A DNA stretch of 64,000 nt from Mustelus asterias (Eukaryota): NCBI RefSeq assembly GCF_964213995.1, contig NC_135826.1, forward strand, positions 37,076,001 to 37,140,000, read 5' to 3'. Positions 62,584 to 64,000 of the stretch are shown here, piece after piece (position 1 is the stretch's first letter; each line of letters begins with the position of its first letter). Below the pieces are notes generated by a model. The model had not been told where the DNA came from. It saw nothing but the letters and a program-made list of their open reading frames with translations, and did no database searches. The position numbers and the translations under genes are program-made.

Positions 62584-63094
62584 GTTTATTTGGTAGCAAA
62601 TACCATTAGCTTTCGGAGCGCTGCTCCTTCGTCAGATGGAGTGGAAATGTGCTCTCAAACAGTGCACAGAGACACAAAATCAAGTTACAGAATACTGATT
62701 AGAATGCGCACACATGAGGACGGCCTAACCCGGGATATTGGATTTATGTCACATTATCAGTAACCCCCACAGCTTGCCTCCTGGACTTGCGGGCTGTCCT
62801 GTCTGGAGACAATACACATCTCTTTAACCTGTGCTTAATGCTCCCTCCACCCACATTGTCTGTATCTTTAAGATCTGGCTGGTTGTAGGGATTCGCATTC
62901 TAATCAGTATTCTGTAACTTGATTTTGTGTCTCTGTGCCCTGTTTGAGAGCACATTTCCACTCCATCTGACGAAGGAGCAGCGCTCCAAAAGCTTATGGT
63001 ATTTGCTACCAAATAAACCTGTTGGACTTTAACCTGGTGTTGTTAAGACTCTTACTGAGTTCACCCCAGTCCAACGCCGGCATCTCCACATCAT
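62584..63094 (+). mobile_element. 5'-truncated Penelope-like (Neptune-type) element: inverted pLTR + ORF end + direct pLTR + 3' extension
   Basis: 62584-62708 is the reverse complement of 62894-63018; intervening peptide RTHEDGLTRDIGFMSHYQ* resembles the GLNRDxGF C-terminus of PLE GIY-YIG ORFs. Confidence 0.8.
62603..62639 (-). ncRNA. Minimal type I hammerhead ribozyme motif, intact core
   Basis: Reverse complement ccat-CTGACGA-a-ggagc/agc/gctcc-GAAA-gc-TA-atgg, identical to 9249-9285. Confidence 0.7.
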
Positions 63095-63408
63095 GGCTGC
63101 CAGCAAGGACGGAGAATTTGGCGCTCAGCCAAATCTCCATTCACTGCAGCGGGACCAGAGAATCCTGCCGGCGTGAAAGCTCGGTAAATTCCGGCACACA
63201 TCCATTCCAAGCAGCATACTTTTACTCCAAACCTATTACTGTCTGCCGTCCAAACATTTCTCTATCCTTTTGGCCAACTGGCACAGTTTACCATATTAAC
63301 CGACGAAACTCCATACACACCACATCCACTGCATCTCCTTCATCTCTCCTTTCTGCTTGTCCTTCGTTCATGGTATTTAATTAATTTGAATGGGATGTCT
63401 TTATCCAG

Positions 63409-63534
63409 ATATTGATGAGTGCACCACTCACATCGGAATCTGTGGGCCCGGAACATGCTACAACACCTTGGGCAACTATACCTGTGTCTGCCCTCCGGAG
63501 TACATGCAGGTCAATGGAGGAAACAATTGTATGG
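63409..63534 (+). CDS. FBN3: Fibrillin exon, cbEGF24
   Basis: tccag|..|gtaag; [42 protein letters not shown]; 126 nt. Confidence 0.95.
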
Positions 63535-64000
63535 GTAAGAGGCTTGCTTTGTGTCGAGGGCTCAGATATACACAAGAGGGAATGATGATCAACGTGAAAT
63601 ACTCACAAGAGCTCAGCAGGATTAAAGCTATAGGGGAGTGTGGGTCAGCTTCATGCACAGGGACGCTAATGGTGTATTCAGGATATAATACCAATGTAAT
63701 ACTAAACAACAACAACATAGGAGTTAGGAGCGGTTCAGTCCTTCGAGCCCGCTCTGCTATTTAACATGATCATGGCTGATCTTATCCTGGTCTCAACTCT
63801 ACCTGCCTGCTCCCCATCGCCCTTTATCCTGCTTTTCATCAGTAGTGGAGCTAAGAACATGACCCAGAATTTACACCATGCAAAATATTTCTTCAAATAC
63901 TAGTACAATGCAGTATAACAGTGGGTCAATATCTCCATAATCTATCAGAGCTCTTTGGCGGAGGCTATTCACAGCTACTTCTACAGTGTAATAAACTCAG

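Overview
Eukaryotic genomic DNA, most likely from a shark (inferred from HE1-type V-SINEs and HER1/CR1-type LINEs). The window lies inside one large + strand fibrillin gene. I read 29 consecutive coding exons from cbEGF3 to cbEGF24, including TB2, hybrid-2, TB3 and TB4 (3,597 nt, about 1,199 codons). All have GT-AG boundaries, all are phase 1-1 and none contains a stop. Diagnostic residues favour fibrillin-3 (often labelled fbn2b or 'fibrillin-2-like') over FBN2. Introns hold CR1 LINEs, V-SINEs, a Deu-SINE, a Rex/Babar fragment, two solo LTRs, 3-bp-TSD MITEs and three tandem arrays. The most interesting signal is two families of short Penelope-like (PLE) insertions carrying minimal hammerhead-ribozyme motifs; several are fold-back palindromes with 11-15 bp target-site duplications. 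Paralog and repeat-family names come from recalled sequences, not database searches. Repeat boundaries are approximate unless a TSD defines them.
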